A stretch of DNA of 64,000 nucleotides from Candidatus Aenigmatarchaeota archaeon (GTDB lineage: Archaea > Aenigmatarchaeota > Aenigmatarchaeia > CG10238-14 > SpSt-28), in contig JAVVFY010000002.1 in assembly GCA_032249395.1 (NCBI GenBank), forward strand, positions 4,239-68,238, given 5' to 3'. Shown piece after piece: positions 8,618 to 18,242 of the stretch. A program made the translations under genes and the position numbers. Each line of letters opens with the position of its first letter. Within the stretch, counting starts at the first letter, position 1. Under the pieces are notes generated by a model. It saw only the letters and a list, made by a program, of their open reading frames with translations. It made no database searches and had not been told where the DNA came from.

Positions 8618-9469
8618 ATGGGCGTGATATCTTTTATAAAGAAAATATTATTTGGAGAAAAACAACCTGAACGATTCAGCGATTCACAGCGATTTGAATC
8701 GATGAATCAATTGATTCGTATCGATTTGAATCGAGCTGAATCGGAAAGAATCGAGCTGAATCGAGCTGAATCGATGAATCAATCGATTGAATCGCCCAAA
8801 TCAACAATTATCTCTAGCGAAAAGGAGGAAAAACCAACAATTTCTATCGATAAAGAATCTCTTAAGGTTGGCATGGCAGCTGGCTATATCTCACGCTCCC
8901 TAATAAGTATAGAAGATGGAATAGAAAGGATAGAAATTTCAATGCCATCCAAAGAATGGATAACCATGAACATTCTTCCAAAAATAGAGCAAGTACAACA
9001 AGCAATATACAACATAAGGGAAATCCTAATGGATCATGAAAGAAACGAGGAAAAAAGATTTGAAGTATTATTAGAAGCAATAAACAAACTAAAAACTATG
9101 GCACCCTCACTACCAGAACCGATAAAAACTGAAATTTTATCTACAGTTGCGTCATTGAAATCTGCTACCCTAACTCCCAAAATGCAACAAATTCTCGACA
9201 TTCTCAAAGAAAGAAGAGAAATTAGTTACCAAGAACTTGCTGAAAAACTTGGAATAACAACAGATGGTCTAAGAGGTATACTCTCCAGAATGGTAAAAGT
9301 ATGTGACGAAATCGAGCGATTTGAAAAAGATGGTAAGGGATGGATAAGAATTAAATCGATTCAAAGCGATTTGAATCGATCAGAATCGCTAGATCAAAGC
9401 AGTAGACTAGAAATAAAAGAACAAAAAGAGGAAAATAAGGAAAATAAAGACCTTTCAGATATGCCATAA
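8618..9469 (+). CDS. winged-helix DNA-binding protein whose coding sequence carries GAATCGA motif clusters
   Basis: C-terminal wHTH ISYQELAEKLGITTDGLRGILSRM. The nucleotide motif clusters encode repeated RAES/NRAE peptide units. Confidence 0.5.
   Translation: MGVISFIKKILFGEKQPERFSDSQRFESMNQLIRIDLNRAESERIELNRAESMNQSIESPKSTIISSEKEEKPTISIDKESLKVGMAAGYISRSLISIEDGIERIEISMPSKEWITMNILPKIEQVQQAIYNIREILMDHERNEEKRFEVLLEAINKLKTMAPSLPEPIKTEILSTVASLKSATLTPKMQQILDILKERREISYQELAEKLGITTDGLRGILSRMVKVCDEIERFEKDGKGWIRIKSIQSDLNRSESLDQSSRLEIKEQKEENKENKDLSDMP
8672..8794. repeat. cluster of GAATCG(A)/CGATTC motifs including six phased 10-bp units (8721-8780)
   Basis: At least 12 copies of the hexamer/octamer in both orientations. 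8721-8780 reads as six units of pattern TCGAnnnGAA, for example TCGAGCTGAA. Confidence 0.75.
9308..9392. repeat. second cluster of the same GAATCGA/TCGATTC motif at the 3' end of the gene
   Basis: Contains AATCGAGCGATTTGA and AAATCGATTCAAAGCGATTTGAATCGATCAGAATCGC. Confidence 0.7.
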
Positions 9470-9667
9470 ATTCACACTCTCAATAATTTCGATTCAATAA
9501 GAGATAAAATGAAAAAGAAAAAATATTGAAAAACAGAAGAAAATAAGAAAAAATATAAAGGTTTAAAGAGTATGATTTTACCTTTTAGTCTCACTCACGA
9601 TCTATAGAATTGTAAAAAACGCGTTTCACAAACAATAACTTTTAAACACAAAAATACAAATTTGTGA

Positions 9668-10507
9668 ATGGAGGGAATCGAAAACATAGCAAAGATTCTT
9701 TGGAATTTGGGAATAACAATAACGAAAATAGAGAAAAATCGAATTTATGCAAAAGACTCTAACGGAGAGTTATTGATAAGAATTAGCAATGTCGGACCAA
9801 AAATCAAAACCTACGATAAGAGGATTATAGTTATTTCGCCGTACGCTGCAAAAAGAATTGAGGAGGAAAGAATGAAGAAAATAATAGAAGGATACTCACA
9901 ACCAGTATTCGTAAACAAGAAAAATCTCGAAGAGCTAGCCCCATCAACTCTATTCAAGATAGTAAATTATCTCAAGGAAAATCCTAATACTTACATAAAG
10001 AAGATCTCAGAAGACTTGAAAATTCACCCAGAGATAGTTAGAAGAAATTTGATAAAGATAAAAGATTACCTAGAAATAAAAGAATTTGAAAGTGGAATGA
10101 GTTTGCCAAAATTACCAAAGCTAATTTCTTTAAAAGAAGAAATACCTCCTGAAAAACTAACTGAACTCTCTAAAAATAAAATATCAATTTTACCAACTAG
10201 AAATAAAAGAAAAAGAAGAATTAGATACGAAAAAACAAGTAAATCTGAGGCCTTGTTTAAAGTACTGAAGTTTATAGAGGAAAACCCGGGAACTTACCTA
10301 AGAGAAATCTCACGAGAATTGAAAATATCTCCTTCTTTAGTTTACTCTTGTTTAAAAGAGGTAAACGAATTTCTAGAGCTCTCATCTCCCATAGGAAAAG
10401 AAGATATCGAACTACCAAATTTGCCGATTTCCATAAAGCTAAAACAAGGTTATACAGCTGAGGGAATTATAAGATACTTAAGATTCAGAAGAATGCTAAA
10501 GTTTTGA
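9668..10507 (+). CDS. protein with two winged-helix HTH domains, hypothetical regulator
   Basis: Two internal repeats: ENPNTYIKKISEDLKIHPEIVRRNL and ENPGTYLREISRELKISPSLVYSCL. Confidence 0.45.
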   Translation: MEGIENIAKILWNLGITITKIEKNRIYAKDSNGELLIRISNVGPKIKTYDKRIIVISPYAAKRIEEERMKKIIEGYSQPVFVNKKNLEELAPSTLFKIVNYLKENPNTYIKKISEDLKIHPEIVRRNLIKIKDYLEIKEFESGMSLPKLPKLISLKEEIPPEKLTELSKNKISILPTRNKRKRRIRYEKTSKSEALFKVLKFIEENPGTYLREISRELKISPSLVYSCLKEVNEFLELSSPIGKEDIELPNLPISIKLKQGYTAEGIIRYLRFRRMLKF

Positions 10508-11350
10508 ATTTTTTGTTTTTCCAGTAAGTCTACAAAAAGCACAAATTTCAGTATTAGTTGGTTCTCCACATATTTTACAAAACTTGAGTTGATCTTCATT
10601 TTCGAAATAGGCACTCATTTTTATTACAGAGTTCAAAAGTCTTTCCTTAAAGCCTGGAACTTCTGACTCAAGTTTATCTATAATATCATACCACTTGCTT
10701 GTTTTTTCATACAACTTTATCTTTTCCTTAAAGTATATGCAAAGACTTTCTTGAACGTACGGTACTCCAAGATTTTTTACAAATTCCTCATTTTCTTTTC
10801 TGCCAACAAAGAAAAGCGGTCTTATTTTTGTTAACAATTTTGGATTGTTGCTTTCCACTTTGGGCCTAAACTTACCTATCCAAGAATAGTTCATTCCAAG
10901 AATATTTTTGATGAAAAACACAAGAATATCATCTCCATGATGCCCAGTTGCTATCTTAGTTGCTCCAAGTTCTCTGGGAATTTTATTCATCAGATATCTT
11001 TTTATAACCCCACAATCGCTACAAACTGGTCTCCTATTCTTTTTTGCTATTTCGCGAAGATTGATACCTTCTTTCTTCAAATCGAATACAATAAGTTTTA
11101 CTCCAGCTAATTCGCATTGTTTTTCAACAATCTCCTGAATTTTTTCTGAACCAATAGTTCCAAGGTTTATGTGAAATCCTATTATTTCAAAATCCGAATT
11201 TCTCTCCTCCTTAAATTTTTTTAACACAAACAAAACCGCCGCACTATCCTTACCTCCGCTCAAGGCTACAAAAATCTTATCGCCTCTCTCAACAAGCCTG
11301 TACTTTTCAATCGTTCTAAAAATTTTATTTAAGTATTCGCTCTGATTCAT
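10496..11350 (-). CDS. PP-loop ATPase of TtcA/NcsA family (tRNA thiolation)
   Basis: SGGKDS PP-loop motif, CSDCG and a C-terminal CKICGE...CAFC zinc ribbon. Confidence 0.65.
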   Translation of the reverse strand: MNQSEYLNKIFRTIEKYRLVERGDKIFVALSGGKDSAAVLFVLKKFKEERNSDFEIIGFHINLGTIGSEKIQEIVEKQCELAGVKLIVFDLKKEGINLREIAKKNRRPVCSDCGVIKRYLMNKIPRELGATKIATGHHGDDILVFFIKNILGMNYSWIGKFRPKVESNNPKLLTKIRPLFFVGRKENEEFVKNLGVPYVQESLCIYFKEKIKLYEKTSKWYDIIDKLESEVPGFKERLLNSVIKMSAYFENEDQLKFCKICGEPTNTEICAFCRLTGKTKNSKL

Positions 11351-11585
11351 AAAAGAAATAGTAAATAAGTAAAATAATTAGTTAATGAAAGCTTTGATTG
11401 CAAACTTGGGCTTAATATTTCAAATTGCTGGTTTGCTCATGCTTCTTCCAATTATAACAGCCTATTATTATAGTGAGGCTGAACCAATGGTAGCTTTTCT
11501 GATTACTTCTATATCATTCTTTTCAAAGGCTTTATGATGAATACATTATCAGAAAGAAAAGAGTTAGATTATAAAACTTGAAGAA

Positions 11586-12224
11586 ATGGAAAAATATTTT
11601 GGGGAATTTAAAAATTTTCTAGGAAGAAGAATTCTTGATGTAGCCTGTGGTGTTGGATTATTTTCATTTTGGTTAGAGCAAAAAGGTTATGAAGTGGTCG
11701 GAGTTGATATAAACAAAAAAATGATAGAACTGGTGCTAAAAACAAAAAAGAAATATAAATTTAAATCTCAGTTTTTGTTAAGCGATGCGACAAATGTAAA
11801 ACTAGAAGGAGAATTTGATAGTGCAGTCATTTTTGGAAATACTCTTTTCGTTCTTTCACCAAAAACTTTTGTCAACATAATCAAAAACGTTAAGAAGCAT
11901 TTTAAGGAAAATGGCTATGTAATTATAAACTATAGAAGTTTGTTGGAGAAATTGGTAAATAAAGAATGGAAAGATGTATACTTTGATTCAGAGAGAATAG
12001 CTAGCTTTAATTTAAAGTATGATGACTCCAATGCTGGAATAACTAAGCTATATGTAGATCTGAATGGGGAGAAACTACCAATCAAAGAAACATTTTATGT
12101 ATGGTCAAGTGGATTTTTAGAGGCAATAATGGAAGCTTTAGGTTTTGTTTTAGTAAAAAGAATTAAAACTGAAGTTAGCATGTGCGAAGTTATGGATATT
12201 TATCAACTAAAATCAAAAGAGTGA
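11586..12224 (+). CDS. class I SAM-dependent methyltransferase
   Basis: ILDVACGVGLFSFWLEQKGYEVVGVDIN is motif I of the Rossmann-fold methyltransferases. Confidence 0.6.
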   Translation: MEKYFGEFKNFLGRRILDVACGVGLFSFWLEQKGYEVVGVDINKKMIELVLKTKKKYKFKSQFLLSDATNVKLEGEFDSAVIFGNTLFVLSPKTFVNIIKNVKKHFKENGYVIINYRSLLEKLVNKEWKDVYFDSERIASFNLKYDDSNAGITKLYVDLNGEKLPIKETFYVWSSGFLEAIMEALGFVLVKRIKTEVSMCEVMDIYQLKSKE

Positions 12225-12402
12225 AATTACAGAATTCTAGCAATAACAGAAGTTGATATATAAGTTTTGCTATAAGATTATTCTAATTTGATTTCAACTT
12301 TCTTCATAAGCTAAAGATAAATCGCATACAGTCCCAAGTACTCTCCCCAGAAAGGATTTTTATATGGCACTTACAATTTAACATTAGTAAATATAAATTA
12401 AG

Positions 12403-14424
12403 GTGGTAATAATGAAAGATAGAGATAAATTAAATGAATGTAATTTGATTACAAAAGCAAGAGACATAAGAAGATTAAGCGAAGAGGAATTTTTGTCTTT
12501 AACTAATCAAATAAAAGAACTAACAAAGAATTTTACTGAATTTAAGCAACTAATCAAAGAGAATAGTCAGATTTTGTTGATAATTAGATGTCTCACCGGA
12601 ATGAAAAGAAAAGATTTTGCTAGTGCTATAGGAATTAACGAAGAAATTTTAAGACAAATAGAAGTTGGTAGAAGGAAAATTAAAAATGAGAGTAAAATCG
12701 ATAAGATAAGCAAGAATTTGGAAGAAATTTTCTCTAAAATTTCTGAAATAAGCGTTGAAAATGCATTAGAGCTTTTCAAAGAAGTAGCAATCCCAACCGA
12801 TAATGAAAAAGTAGAGAAGATTAGAAGCGAGTTGGAAGAAATAAGCCTGCCCGAAGACCTTAGAAAAATGGATGAAGAACAATTTTTGAAAGTTTTTGAA
12901 TGGTTGAAAGAAAAAACAAATAACTTTAAGATTTTCCCAGAAGAGGTCTTTTTAGCAAAAAATCAGCTTATCCTAATTTTGAGGTGCGCTTTGGGAATGA
13001 CTAGACCTAGTTTTGCAAGAAAAGTTGGAATATTTCAAGAAACGTTAAGACATGTAGAAGCTGGGAGAAAAGGTCTACAGTTTTCACAAAAAACAGTCGA
13101 AGATTGGTGTAGAAAAATAAATGAATTTTTAAAAACCCAAGAAATCTCTCCGAATATCGAAAAATCGTTATCTATTTGGAAAGAAATAAGCATTCACCAA
13201 ACAGAAGAAAACATAACAGAAATAGAAAAAATAAAAAGCGAGATGAATAAGCTTGGATTGATTGACTGGGATAAAAAAGATTCAAAAATTTTACCTGAAT
13301 TTTTCAATTTCTTTAGAGAAAAAACAAATAACTTTACTATATTCCCAATTTCTCTTTTTCTAGCGGATAGTAGTCTATCGATATTTTTCATTAGATGTTG
13401 CAACGGAATGACGCAAAAGGAATTGGCAGAAAAAATTGGATGTACAAAAGATCTTATTAGACATCTAGAGAACAAACACGGAAGAATTGTGCATGCAGGA
13501 CCAGCACTAAGATGGATAAATAAATTACAAGCATTGCTGCCAAAAAACATAAATTTCGAAAAATTCGAACAAAATTGGAAGAAAATAATTTTTTCGAAGA
13601 TTGAAAATATAGAGAAAAAAGAATCTTTCAAAAGTTTATCTACAGAAGCAATTATTAGCAAAATAGAAGAATTGAAATCAAGAACAAACAATTTTAATGA
13701 GATAAGGGAAGTTTTAGAGAATGATGCTAGGAATATTTTCTTATTTAGAGTAATATGCAGAAAAAGAACAAAAGAACTGGCAAGAATATTAAAAATTGAA
13801 CCAAGCGAATTAAGGAGCTGGGAAGATGGGAAAAGAAGAATAAGTCCAGAAACGTTAGAAAAAATCGCTCCAATTCTGAAAGAAATGCTTAGAGATATTA
13901 AGATAGAGAAGGAGACAATATTAAGGAATTTAAAAGATATAAAAAAAGGTAAGATTTGTTTTAATAAAGATATACAAGTAAAAAATGGTATCAAGTTAGT
14001 TGAAAAACTTCCACCGACCGAATTAGAAAATAAAGTAATAAAAGTTCTGTCATCCAATAATATTCCATTCGAACTTCACGCTACAATAGATTTCAATGGT
14101 AAGTTCTTTAACGTAGATTTTGCTATTCCAAATTCACAGAAACCAAAAATAATAATTGAAGTTTTTGAGTCAAAAAGTAGTAATAGAAATTTAAAGACTA
14201 AATTAATAGTTACTGACCATAGATTTGTGGTTTTAAAAAGCAATAAACCGGATTTGAAAACTGCTATGATAGGTGAAACTAAATCTTTACTAACGGAAGA
14301 GTGGAGAGAACATATGCTTAAAGAAATTATAGCAACTGATTTTATAGTTTTAGGAGATAATGAGGATGTAGAATCCTCAATAAAAGATACTTTACTTAGT
14401 TTCATAAAAACCAACTTACAATGA
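12403..14424 (+). CDS. tetra-HTH (XRE-like) repeat protein with C-terminal PD-(D/E)xK nuclease-like domain
   Basis: Four modules, each beginning xxxKTNNF and followed by an HTH (LRCALGMTRPSFARKVGIFQETLRHVEAGRKG; CCNGMTQKELAEKIGCTKDLIRHLE and similar). The C-terminal VDFAIPNSQKPKIIIEVFESK resembles the Hjc/restriction-enzyme D...ExK core. Confidence 0.45.
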   Translation: MVIMKDRDKLNECNLITKARDIRRLSEEEFLSLTNQIKELTKNFTEFKQLIKENSQILLIIRCLTGMKRKDFASAIGINEEILRQIEVGRRKIKNESKIDKISKNLEEIFSKISEISVENALELFKEVAIPTDNEKVEKIRSELEEISLPEDLRKMDEEQFLKVFEWLKEKTNNFKIFPEEVFLAKNQLILILRCALGMTRPSFARKVGIFQETLRHVEAGRKGLQFSQKTVEDWCRKINEFLKTQEISPNIEKSLSIWKEISIHQTEENITEIEKIKSEMNKLGLIDWDKKDSKILPEFFNFFREKTNNFTIFPISLFLADSSLSIFFIRCCNGMTQKELAEKIGCTKDLIRHLENKHGRIVHAGPALRWINKLQALLPKNINFEKFEQNWKKIIFSKIENIEKKESFKSLSTEAIISKIEELKSRTNNFNEIREVLENDARNIFLFRVICRKRTKELARILKIEPSELRSWEDGKRRISPETLEKIAPILKEMLRDIKIEKETILRNLKDIKKGKICFNKDIQVKNGIKLVEKLPPTELENKVIKVLSSNNIPFELHATIDFNGKFFNVDFAIPNSQKPKIIIEVFESKSSNRNLKTKLIVTDHRFVVLKSNKPDLKTAMIGETKSLLTEEWREHMLKEIIATDFIVLGDNEDVESSIKDTLLSFIKTNLQ

Positions 14425-14446
14425 AAGATTGGATGTATTGAAGATT

Positions 14447-14842
14447 TTACACTCGACGACCCCTACGCCCGCCTTTCCTACGCATATATCCATGAACTAT
14501 TGGTGTAACATCTTCAATTAAACCTATTTTTAATCCAGCTTTTGCAAGAGCTCTTATAGCAGCTTGTGCTCCAGGTCCAGGAATTTTTGTCTTTATGCCT
14601 CCTGGAGCTCTAACTCTTATGTGCACCCCAGTAATTCCTTTAGCTAAAGCTTCTTCAGCGGCTTTCTTAGCAGCTAGCATAGCAGGGAAAGGCATCCCTC
14701 CCTCTCTATCCTTATCTGTCATCATTCCGCTAGAATACCTTGCTATTGTTTCAGCTCCACTCAAGTCTGTAATGTGAACTATTGTAGAATTAGGACTACT
14801 AAAAATGTGAGCTACCCCCCATCTCTCTTTCTTTTCACTCAT
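14447..14842 (-). CDS. rps11: 30S ribosomal protein S11 (uS11)
   Basis: [24 protein letters not shown]...SSGMM matches uS11. Confidence 0.85.
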   Translation of the reverse strand: MSEKKERWGVAHIFSSPNSTIVHITDLSGAETIARYSSGMMTDKDREGGMPFPAMLAAKKAAEEALAKGITGVHIRVRAPGGIKTKIPGPGAQAAIRALAKAGLKIGLIEDVTPIVHGYMRRKGGRRGRRV

Positions 14843-15385
14843 CTAACCACCCTCTTTAACCTCAACGCTAACTTCAGCTTTGGGCTGTTGTGTTGGTTGT
14901 TCTTGTACTGTTGCTTTTGATGTATTTGGTTTTATGTCGCATGTTATTTTATCTTCTTCATCTCTACTAACCAAATAGCTTGGATATACAATCCTTCTTC
15001 CGTTAATTCTTACATGCCCATGGACGATAAACTGTCTTGCCTGCTTTATTGTATTTGCCAAACCCTTTTTATAAACAATAGTTTGTAATCTTCTATTCAA
15101 CAAGTCTTTAACAGTTAGGCTCAAAACATCATCTAGAGTGGCGCTTGGAGACGGTAATAAACCAAGCCTATACAACTTTTGAATCAAAACTTTCTCTTTT
15201 TCCTTATCTCTTCTTGCGTTTAACTCTCTAGCCATCCTTCTATACTTTCTTAACTCTTCCTTAGCTCTCCATAGTTCCTTTTTCCTTCTCAATCCAAATT
15301 CTATCATTATTCTTCTCTCTTCTTCCAATAGCTTCTTATCCCAAAGTTTCCTCGGCTTTTTATACTTTTTTCTAAATCTCTTCAT
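14843..15385 (-). CDS. rps4: 30S ribosomal protein S4 (uS4)
   Basis: RLQTIVYKKGLANTIKQARQFIVHGHVRINGRRIV is the uS4 S4 domain. Confidence 0.85.
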   Translation of the reverse strand: MKRFRKKYKKPRKLWDKKLLEEERRIMIEFGLRRKKELWRAKEELRKYRRMARELNARRDKEKEKVLIQKLYRLGLLPSPSATLDDVLSLTVKDLLNRRLQTIVYKKGLANTIKQARQFIVHGHVRINGRRIVYPSYLVSRDEEDKITCDIKPNTSKATVQEQPTQQPKAEVSVEVKEGG

Positions 15386-15391
15386 CGCTCA

Positions 15392-15994
15392 TCACTTCTT
15401 TTCTTCTTTCTTTTCTTTGGATTGCTGTTGAGCCAATTGTTTCATCTTTCCCCTCAAAACACCAACAGTCCTTCCATGTCTAAAATGACTTCTAGTCCTT
15501 TGACCCCTCACAGGCTGGCCATACATATGTCTAAAACCTTTGTAAGTTTTAAGCTCAATTTCTCTTTTTATATCCATACTTCTGAAAATATCAACATCAG
15601 GTCCGACCAAATGCATATCTAGCCCTGTTTCTGGATCTTTTCTTCTGTTAAATAAAAATGAAGGAATGTTATATTTTGCTGGATTTTTCAAACAATCTTC
15701 AATTTTTTCTATCTCCTCCGGGGTTAAAGTTCCTAACTTTCTATAAGCATCCAAACCAAGAGCAGCTATCACAGCCTTAGAAAAAGTGTAACTTACGCCT
15801 TTAATTCCGGTTAACCCGTAAAGAATATTTTTGTTAGCATCTAAGTCTGTATTTAAAATTCTAATTATTCCCTCTATTCTTTTTTCGGCTTTCTTTGGTT
15901 TTTTAATTTCTTCTTTGGGTTTTTCTTTTTTCTTTTTTTCCTCTTCAGCTTTTTCTTTTTCTTTTTCTATGTCTTTAACTCTAGATACTCCCAT
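15392..15994 (-). CDS. rps13: 30S ribosomal protein S13 (uS13) with K/E-rich N-terminal extension
   Basis: ILNTDLDANKNILYGLTGIKGVSYTFSKAVI matches uS13. Confidence 0.85.
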   Translation of the reverse strand: MGVSRVKDIEKEKEKAEEEKKKKEKPKEEIKKPKKAEKRIEGIIRILNTDLDANKNILYGLTGIKGVSYTFSKAVIAALGLDAYRKLGTLTPEEIEKIEDCLKNPAKYNIPSFLFNRRKDPETGLDMHLVGPDVDIFRSMDIKREIELKTYKGFRHMYGQPVRGQRTRSHFRHGRTVGVLRGKMKQLAQQQSKEKKEEKK

Positions 15995-16031
15995 ACTGTT
16001 GGAATTATCACTTAAGTTTAAAAATATTCGC

Positions 16032-16640
16032 TCATCTTTTTTTCTTAATGAAATTAATAATAGTTGTTTTACTTAGCCTATCAGCAATCTTTAAAGCTTT
16101 AGGATAATTGAAGTTTACCATTTTAAGAAAAACCTCCAAGCTTTCCATATCTATGTTAGAACCTATGCTTGCATAATATCTACCAAATTTTATACCAACT
16201 TTTTGCTGATCAACAAAAATGTAACTATCTTTTATTTCTCCGTAAAGAAAACTTTTTGCTATTCCAATTGTTGGTTTTCCAGTTAATATTCCTATTATAG
16301 TTGCTAAGCCCGCTTTTCTAGGATGAGCTAATCCATGGCCATCAACGAGGATTAAATCATAATCTTTATCTATTTTTTCAACAGCTTCTAACATTATTGG
16401 CGCTTCTCTAAGAAAAAGCAAACCAGGAATGTAAGGAAATTTAACTCTCTCTTTAACTAACAGCTCCTTCAAAACTTTTTCTTGTTTTAAATCATAAAGA
16501 ACGGCTGCACAAAAAGCTAAATCATCTTTATAAGAAATATCTAAAGCCAAAACCTTTTCAATGTTTTTTACTTTTTTGAATTCAACTAGCTTGCTTAAAA
16601 CTTTCTGAAGCTTAAAATAAAACTTTGTATTAACATTCAT
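16032..16640 (-). CDS. nfi: endonuclease V
   Basis: YIPGLLFLREAP...ILVDGHGLAHPRKAGLATIIGILTGKPTIGIAKS contains the conserved Nfi motifs. Confidence 0.8.
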   Translation of the reverse strand: MNVNTKFYFKLQKVLSKLVEFKKVKNIEKVLALDISYKDDLAFCAAVLYDLKQEKVLKELLVKERVKFPYIPGLLFLREAPIMLEAVEKIDKDYDLILVDGHGLAHPRKAGLATIIGILTGKPTIGIAKSFLYGEIKDSYIFVDQQKVGIKFGRYYASIGSNIDMESLEVFLKMVNFNYPKALKIADRLSKTTIINFIKKKR

Positions 16641-16771
16641 ACTAAAAATTGTCTTTCAAAAATTAACCTAACTACAAATTCCTACCATCTTCGGTATAGC
16701 TCATATACTGTTATAAGAATGAGCCCTCCTGTTATTACGAATGCTATTGTTAATTTGTCTCCGTAATGATA

Positions 16772-16969
16772 CTATAACCAATCGTCTAAATGATCTGCCA
16801 AAAATGCTTCCCACCAACTAACATTTGCAAGCTCTGGCCTTACTTTTACATTCACTGTTGCGCTTGCTTTTGCATAAAGTGAATAAACATAACCTGCAAA
16901 ACCACTAACTCCTCCTGCAGCTATATAGGATGTAATTGTTTTCACGCCTTCTTTAAATTTTCTCTTCAT
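16772..16969 (-). CDS. hypothetical small protein
   Basis: 65-aa ORF with no recognisable family. Confidence 0.15.
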   Translation of the reverse strand: MKRKFKEGVKTITSYIAAGGVSGFAGYVYSLYAKASATVNVKVRPELANVSWWEAFLADHLDDWL

Positions 16970-17007
16970 ATTAAAAGATAAATAAGGAAAAAATACTTTT
17001 TTATTCT

Positions 17008-17241
17008 CTATACTACTTTTACTGTAGCCTTGCTTGCTTTAAAACCTATTTTTGCATGCGTTCCGTCGCAATAAGGCTTGTTTTTAGATGCTCCACATCT
17101 ACAAAGAGCTGTAAGTATTTCTTTATCAACTTTTAATAGGTAAGGGTCATTTTCTACTGCCTCAATAACAACCCCTTTTCCTTTTTCTGCCATGATAACT
17201 ATAGGAGAATATTTTTTTGTATTTAAAAATGCTTTCTGCAA
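17008..17241 (-). CDS. CDGSH-type iron-sulfur domain protein
   Basis: CRCGASKNKPYCDGTH is the CDGSH motif. Confidence 0.7.
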   Translation of the reverse strand: MQKAFLNTKKYSPIVIMAEKGKGVVIEAVENDPYLLKVDKEILTALCRCGASKNKPYCDGTHAKIGFKASKATVKVV

Positions 17242-17348
17242 TATTCATTATAAACGAATTCGTTTAATTTAGTAAGTTAAAAAAATTAAATTATACCAAT
17301 AAAAATGAAAATGCAAAATTCAAACATATAAATAGTTTTTATCTGGGT

Positions 17349-18242
17349 TTGTATAACATGAGAATAAAGATTAAAGAAAAAGACTTAAAAATTGCAATTT
17401 ATGTAACATCTATCTTTCTCTTCGTAGAAATTTTTGGTGGATACCTTTTTGGAAGCGTTAGCCCAATAAGCGATGCTATTCATATGAGTAGGGATGTTTT
17501 TTCACTATACATTTCCTGGTTTGCGATAAATTTGGCTAAAAAATTGCCTACCAACAAAATGACTTTTGGTTATCATAGAGCCGAAGTCTTTGCGACTTTT
17601 ATTAATGGCTTAATTCTGATTGGAGTGTGCATTGTAATTCTATATAGTTCCTATTTAAGAATAGTTAATCCAAACGAAGTTAAAAGTATTGGAATGCTTT
17701 TTGTAGCATCTTTAGGATTTTTAGCAAACCTTTACGTCCTTAGAAAATTAAAGAAGTATGAAGATGACATAAATATAAAATCTGCATATCTACATGTATT
17801 AACTGATGCAATTTCTTCTATTTCCATTATAATTGGTGCTATAATAATATTTTTAACAGGATTTTATATCATAGACCCTTTACTAAGCATGGGCATAATT
17901 TTATTAGTGTTAATTAGTACGATAAAAATTGTAAAGGAATCAATAAACATACTTATGGAGGGGGTAGCAGGGAACGTCAATATAAGTAAAATTATTGAAG
18001 AGATGAAAAAAGTAGAAGGAGTTGTTAGTGTACATGATGTACATATATGGTCGCTATGTCCTAATGTCAACGTTTTAACTGCTCACATTTATACTTATAA
18101 TAAAAGCCTGTCCAACACTAAAAAGATAACTAAAATACTAAACAAAAAACTAAGAAAATTTAAAATATTCCATACAACTTTCCAATTTGAATGTGAAAAA
18201 TGCAAAAACAGTAGAAACATTGAAAGAATAGAACATCTATAA
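17349..18242 (+). CDS. cation diffusion facilitator (CDF) family metal efflux transporter
   Basis: Six TM helices. TFGYHRAEVFATFINGL and the HMSRD/H...D motifs are present, plus a C-terminal cytoplasmic domain. Confidence 0.75.
   Translation: MYNMRIKIKEKDLKIAIYVTSIFLFVEIFGGYLFGSVSPISDAIHMSRDVFSLYISWFAINLAKKLPTNKMTFGYHRAEVFATFINGLILIGVCIVILYSSYLRIVNPNEVKSIGMLFVASLGFLANLYVLRKLKKYEDDINIKSAYLHVLTDAISSISIIIGAIIIFLTGFYIIDPLLSMGIILLVLISTIKIVKESINILMEGVAGNVNISKIIEEMKKVEGVVSVHDVHIWSLCPNVNVLTAHIYTYNKSLSNTKKITKILNKKLRKFKIFHTTFQFECEKCKNSRNIERIEHL

Noticed and set aside
13194-14057. 287-aa minus-strand ORF inside the tetra-HTH gene
   Set aside because: Low-complexity, Phe/Ser/Leu-rich antisense translation of an AT-rich coding region. 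No motifs. It overlaps a well-supported + strand gene.
14076-14414. 112-aa minus-strand ORF at the 3' end of the tetra-HTH gene
   Set aside because: Antisense overlap with no recognisable features.
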